Of a stretch of DNA of 64,000 nucleotides, positions 59,458 through 64,000 are shown one piece after another. Positions within the stretch are counted from its first letter, which is position 1, and each line of letters opens with the position of its first letter. The notes beneath the pieces are model-generated. The model was not told where the DNA came from. It worked only from the letters and a program-made list of their open reading frames with translations, and did not search any database. A program made the translations under genes and the position numbers. Location: assembly GCA_965221695.1 (NCBI GenBank), contig OZ244905.1, positions 3,264,001 through 3,328,000 on the forward strand, written 5' to 3'. The stretch is from Gammaproteobacteria bacterium. GTDB taxonomy: Bacteria; Pseudomonadota; Gammaproteobacteria; Eutrophobiales; Eutrophobiaceae.

Positions 59458-60024
59458 ATGGAGCAGAGATTGAAAGAAAGAATAACCGGCGCTATCGTGC
59501 TGGCGCTGATCGCCGTAATCCTGGCGCCGCTGATGCTGGATGACGGCCGCAACAGGGATACCGGGATTACCACCACCAACATTCCGGAACTGCCGGATGA
59601 TGAATTCACGACGCGCCTGATACCTATTCCGCAACAAGATGATGTGGTTCCTGTTGAGCGGCGGGTCGATGCCGTTCGCGCACAGCCGGAGACGGATAAC
59701 GGGAACGAGGTGGTAACGAATCTCACGGCCGAGCCGGAACAGGTTGCTGCCGTTGTTGACGCCGAAGTCAAGCCTGGCGAATTAACCGGATGGGTCGTGC
59801 AGGTAGGCAGTTTTTCCAGAAAAAATGCCGATAATCTCAATAATACATTGCGTGCGGCAGGTTATCCTGCATTTGTTGCAGATGAGCCGGTAAAAACTAA
59901 AGATGGTTCCCTGTTGTACCGGGTCAGGATAGGTCCGGAAGTCCTGCGTTCCGAAGCCATCAAGCTCAAGGCCGAACTTAAAAAGGAAATGGATCTGGAT
60001 GGTTTTGTGCTGAACTATCCGTAA
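59458..60024 (+). CDS. dedD: SPOR-domain cell division protein DedD
   Basis: LKERITGAIVL TM anchor, WVVQVGSF, YRVRIGP; folC-dedD-cvpA-purF synteny. Confidence 0.85.
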   Translation: MEQRLKERITGAIVLALIAVILAPLMLDDGRNRDTGITTTNIPELPDDEFTTRLIPIPQQDDVVPVERRVDAVRAQPETDNGNEVVTNLTAEPEQVAAVVDAEVKPGELTGWVVQVGSFSRKNADNLNNTLRAAGYPAFVADEPVKTKDGSLLYRVRIGPEVLRSEAIKLKAELKKEMDLDGFVLNYP

Positions 60025-60074
60025 CCCATGCCTGTCAACCGCCAGGGTCGGATGACAGCTTGGCGCTCCTGATC

Positions 60075-60602
60075 ATGGAAGGCGTCGACATCGGCATCCT
60101 TGTAGTTTTGTGTCTACCCGCCATAGTGGGGTTGCTGTACGGCTTGTTGAATATCCTGTTTTCCGTTGTTGCCTGGGGCATGGCCATTCTGGTTGCCATT
60201 AAATTCAGCGGCTATTTTTCCCCCTTGCTGGGAGAGCTCCTGGAACCGGCGCTCAGGAGTGTCGTCACTTTTGCCGGGGTATTTATCATCAGCCTGGTAA
60301 TTTTCACGGCATTAGGGTATTTTGTCGTGAAACTGCTCGGCAGGACAGGACTGACCGCCGCCGACAGGTTGTTGGGTTTCTTTTTCGGAATAGGACTGGG
60401 CGGGGCGATTATCACCATTCTCATTTTTCTGGCGGGTTTTACATCCATATCAAAACATGAATGGTGGCATGAAGCCGCTTTGGTCGAGCCATTCCAACGC
60501 ATATGCGTATGGGGACGCCGATTTCTTCCTGAAGATATTGCCGTTTATCATCGTTATGAACCGGTCCGTGGACAGACCAGAGAGGGCAACCGACAGATTT
60601 AA
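60075..60602 (+). CDS. cvpA: CvpA family membrane protein
   Basis: Four TM segments, TGLTAADRLLGFFFG; directly upstream of purF. Confidence 0.85.
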   Translation: MEGVDIGILVVLCLPAIVGLLYGLLNILFSVVAWGMAILVAIKFSGYFSPLLGELLEPALRSVVTFAGVFIISLVIFTALGYFVVKLLGRTGLTAADRLLGFFFGIGLGGAIITILIFLAGFTSISKHEWWHEAALVEPFQRICVWGRRFLPEDIAVYHRYEPVRGQTREGNRQI

Positions 60603-60632
60603 TCTGTTCCCTGAAAGCTAACAGTAAAACTA

Positions 60633-62150
60633 ATGTGTGGAATTATCGGAATCGTTGCTGGATCGAATGTCAATCAGGCGCTGTTTGACGGCCTGACGAT
60701 CCTGCAACACCGGGGCCAGGATGCGGCCGGTATTGTCACCAGTGATAACGCCCGGCTTTATCTCTGTAAAAACAACGGCCTGGTCAGGGATGTTTTCAAC
60801 CCTCAACAAATGCTTAACCTCAAGGGCCATATGGGTATCGGACATATCCGCTATCCCACTGCCGGCTGTTCATCTTCCTCCGAAGCGCAACCGTTTTATG
60901 TCAACTCTCCTTACGGGATCGCCCTGGCTCATAACGGGAATCTTACCAACAGCGAAGAACTCAAACGTGACCTCATTATGGACGAATTGAGACATATCAA
61001 TACCGAATCGGATTCCGAGGTGTTACTGAATATCCTGGCTTTTGAGTTGCAGCGGATCGGCAAGCTCAAAAAAGATCTGACGCCTGAAGATATTTTTTCC
61101 GCAGTGCGCAGGCTGCATCAACGTTGCTGCGGTGGCTATTCAGCCGTTGCGCTCATCTCAGGTGTGGGCGTGCTTGCTTTTCGCGACCGTTTCGGCATAC
61201 GCCCGGTTGTCTATGGCGAGCGCGCAACCGCTCACGGGAAAGAATATGTGGTTGCCTCGGAAAGCGTGGCCATTAACGCCCTGGGTTTCAATGTCACTCG
61301 TGATGTGGCGCCGGGAGAGGCGATTTTTATCAGCGAACAGGGCGAACTGTTTTTCGAGCAGTGTGCGGACGATCCTCAACATTCACCTTGTATCTTTGAA
61401 TACGTGTACCTTGCCAGGCCGGATTCCGTTATTGACAATATTTCCGTGTACAAAACCCGCTTGCGCATGGGCGAGACGCTGGCCGCGAAGATTCTACGGC
61501 TGCGTCCTGATCATGATATAGACGTAGTGATCCCCATCCCGGATACGGGGCGCACCGCGGCTTTGCCCCTGGCCTATGATCTGGGCGTAAAATACCGTGA
61601 GGGATTCATCAAGAACCGTTATATTCCGCGCACCTTCATCATGCCCGGTCAGAGCGTGAGAAAAAAGTCTGTCAGACAGAAACTAAATGCCATCGAACTG
61701 GAGTTTCGCGGGAAGAATGTGTTGCTCGTGGATGACTCCATCGTGCGCGGCACCACCTCCAGGGAAATCGTGCAAATGGCGCGAGATGCTGGCGCGGCAA
61801 AAGTGTATTTCGCCTCTGCGGCGCCGCCAGTGTTGTATCCGAATGTCTACGGCATCGACATACCGACTCCGGACGAGTTGGTTGCCCATGGCAGGAGTGA
61901 AGACGAAGTCTGCGCAGCCATCGGCGCCGACTGGTTGATCTACCAGGAGGTCGACGACCTGGTGGACGCGGCTAGTGAAGGGAATCCGAATATAAACCGG
62001 TTTGAAATGTCTGTGTTTACCGGCGAATACGTGACCGGAGACGTAACTGACGCCTATCTGGCCAACCTGTCCATACAGCGCAGCGATTCAGCCAAACAGG
62101 CCCGCTCGGTGGTGGACGATGTATTCAAAGACCTGTCTAACATGGTGTAG
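60633..62150 (+). CDS. purF: Amidophosphoribosyltransferase
   Basis: [48 protein letters not shown]. Confidence 0.98.
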   Translation: MCGIIGIVAGSNVNQALFDGLTILQHRGQDAAGIVTSDNARLYLCKNNGLVRDVFNPQQMLNLKGHMGIGHIRYPTAGCSSSSEAQPFYVNSPYGIALAHNGNLTNSEELKRDLIMDELRHINTESDSEVLLNILAFELQRIGKLKKDLTPEDIFSAVRRLHQRCCGGYSAVALISGVGVLAFRDRFGIRPVVYGERATAHGKEYVVASESVAINALGFNVTRDVAPGEAIFISEQGELFFEQCADDPQHSPCIFEYVYLARPDSVIDNISVYKTRLRMGETLAAKILRLRPDHDIDVVIPIPDTGRTAALPLAYDLGVKYREGFIKNRYIPRTFIMPGQSVRKKSVRQKLNAIELEFRGKNVLLVDDSIVRGTTSREIVQMARDAGAAKVYFASAAPPVLYPNVYGIDIPTPDELVAHGRSEDEVCAAIGADWLIYQEVDDLVDAASEGNPNINRFEMSVFTGEYVTGDVTDAYLANLSIQRSDSAKQARSVVDDVFKDLSNMV

Positions 62151-62195
62151 TCCGATACCGGATTGAAAGAGTACTAGTAGCGCCCGGCTCGGATA

Positions 62196-62669
62196 TTACT
62201 CTTCTTTCTCGCGTTTGTTGTCCATACCGGAAAACCCGGCGGCCTGGAGAAAACTGTTCTGCATCTGTCGCCAGGCTTCCAGGTTCTGTTCCGTCATTTC
62301 GCTCATTCTGGCGGCAAGTGGATTACCCGTCACTGCCTGTTCGAAGTTTTTCTGCACGCTCTGTTGTTGAGCGCTGAACATTTCCAGGCTTTTCTGCAGG
62401 TATTCACTGAACGCGGACTGGTAGGCGTTGCCATAAAACCGGATGAGCTGGATCAGCATCGGCGTATTGAAGATGGGCTTTCCTTCGTGCTCCTGTTCCG
62501 CAATGATCTGCAATAAGACACTGCGTGTCAGGTCTTCTTCCGTTTTGACGTCTGTGACACGAAACTCGATGCCATTGAGGACCAGTTCCCTCACGTCTTC
62601 CAGGACGATATAGCTGCTTATTCCGGTGTCGTACAGGCGGCGGTTGGGATATTTTTTTATGATGCGCAT
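62196..62669 (-). CDS. phaR: Polyhydroxyalkanoate synthesis repressor
   Basis: RIIKKYPNRRLYDT..S.YI.L, EDLTRSVLLQII.E.E, QLIRFYG. Confidence 0.95.
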   Translation of the reverse strand: MRIIKKYPNRRLYDTGISSYIVLEDVRELVLNGIEFRVTDVKTEEDLTRSVLLQIIAEQEHEGKPIFNTPMLIQLIRFYGNAYQSAFSEYLQKSLEMFSAQQQSVQKNFEQAVTGNPLAARMSEMTEQNLEAWRQMQNSFLQAAGFSGMDNKREKEE

Positions 62670-62688
62670 AGATGCTCTCTCAGCCGGA

Positions 62689-63870
62689 TTATCGTTCTAC
62701 CGCCAGGGCAACTCCCTGCCCGCCACCGATGCACAATGTTGCCAGGCCCTTACGGGCATTCCGGCGCTGCATGGCATGGAGCAGTGTAACCAGGACCCGG
62801 CAGCCTGACGCGCCGATGGGATGTCCTAGCGCAATGGCGCCGCCATGGATATTTACCTTTTGCGTATCCCAGCCCAGGTCGTTATTGACGGAGATGGCCT
62901 GAGCGGCAAAGGCCTCGTTGGCTTCAACCAGGTCCAATTCATCGACTGTCCAGCCGGCCTTGTCCAGGCAGCGCTTGGTTGCCGGTATCGGTCCGGTTCC
63001 CATGATGGCCGGGTCGACGCCGGCGCTGGCATAAGCGCTGATACCGGCCATTGGCGGCACACCCAGTTCCTCGGCTTTTGTCCGCGACATGACGATGACC
63101 GCCGCGGCGCCGTCATTGAGGCCGGAGGCGTTGGCTGCAGTGACGGTTCCTTCTCGAGTGAAAGCAGGACGCAGTTTTGCAATCTTCTCTTCGGTGACGC
63201 CTTGTTTCGGATACTCGTCCTTATCGAATACGATGGGGTCGCCCTTGCGCTGTGGTATGCTTACCGGGACGATCTCGTCGTCAAATACACCTTCAACCTG
63301 GGCTTGTTCGGCCTTTTGCTGTGACTGCGCCGCGAAGCGATCCTGCTCCTCCCGTGAAATACTGAACTCGTTGGCGATATTTTCTGCGGTCATGCCCATG
63401 TGGTAATCATTGAAAGCATCCCAGAGACCGTCGACGATCATTGAATCCAGCATCTTCCAGTCACCCATCTTGACGCCGGCGCGGGACTTGGTCAACAGGT
63501 GCGGCGCCTGGCTCATGTTTTCCTGGCCGCCGGCAATGATAATATCCGCATCGCCACACTTGATGGCCTGGGCTGCGAGATGCACAGCTTTCAGGCCGCT
63601 GCCGCAGACCTTGTTAATCGTCATCGCAGGCGCTGAATGGGGCAGGCCGGCTTCTATAGCAGCCTGGCGCGCCGGATTCTGCCCGGCGCCCGCGCTCAGT
63701 ACCTGTCCCAGGATGACTTCGTCGACCTGCGCCGGTTGCAGTCCGGTTTTTTCCAATAATGATTTAATAACCGCGGCGCCCATGCTGTGGGCTGAAATAT
63801 TTGCCAGGGAACCGCCGAATGAACCGATGGGGGTGCGCGCGGCCGCGGCAATGACTGCGTCATTGGTCAT
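62689..63870 (-). CDS. phaA: Acetyl-CoA C-acetyltransferase (beta-ketothiolase)
   Basis: [46 protein letters not shown]; adjacent to phaR. Confidence 0.93.
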   Translation of the reverse strand: MTNDAVIAAAARTPIGSFGGSLANISAHSMGAAVIKSLLEKTGLQPAQVDEVILGQVLSAGAGQNPARQAAIEAGLPHSAPAMTINKVCGSGLKAVHLAAQAIKCGDADIIIAGGQENMSQAPHLLTKSRAGVKMGDWKMLDSMIVDGLWDAFNDYHMGMTAENIANEFSISREEQDRFAAQSQQKAEQAQVEGVFDDEIVPVSIPQRKGDPIVFDKDEYPKQGVTEEKIAKLRPAFTREGTVTAANASGLNDGAAAVIVMSRTKAEELGVPPMAGISAYASAGVDPAIMGTGPIPATKRCLDKAGWTVDELDLVEANEAFAAQAISVNNDLGWDTQKVNIHGGAIALGHPIGASGCRVLVTLLHAMQRRNARKGLATLCIGGGQGVALAVER

Positions 63871-64000
63871 GGTGTATACCTCAATATCAGGGGGTTGTTA
63901 TTGATATGGTTGCAGCATTATAACCAATTCCAGTTGCGCTGCACAATGCAGAAGACTGATCCCTCCAACCCCCTGCATCGCCTTCTATATTCTCTGTCTT

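Overview
A 64 kb chromosomal window from a gammaproteobacterium, inferred from the conserved leuB-asd-fimV-truA-trpFBA-accD-folC-dedD-cvpA-purF and ffs-dnaX-ybaB-recR blocks. From left to right it holds: (i) a ~20 kb catabolic island with a ThDP enzyme, TonB receptor, Zn-dehydrogenase, APC plus three MFS transporters, VOC protein, alkyl-sulfatase, two SDRs, a sphingosine-1-phosphate-lyase-like PLP enzyme, atypical Ldh_2 and ureohydrolase, and a DoeD-like transaminase; (ii) a compact serine-cycle cluster (sgaA, mcl, mtkAB, hpr, ppc); (iii) a tandem winged-helix protein divergent from a TonB receptor/acyl-CoA ligase/hydrolase operon; (iv) a Tat-exported sulfite oxidase with cytochrome c, a Ddn-like F420 enzyme, alr and SRP RNA; (v) an FAD oxidoreductase/nitrilase/PhyH cluster interrupted by a BrnTA islet flanked by a 76-bp duplication; (vi) housekeeping genes and phaR/phaA. 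Both toxin-antitoxin modules have disabled toxins. The most striking non-genic signal is a modular, IS5-ended miniature element family. A 153-bp copy is built from five stacked hairpins with a TTAG target duplication, other copies carry subsets of the hairpins, and three 27-31-bp copies keep their own 4-bp duplications. Several further intergenic repeat families are present. No transposase, CRISPR array, tRNA or rRNA was seen. All family assignments come from motif recognition by eye; no database searches were run.
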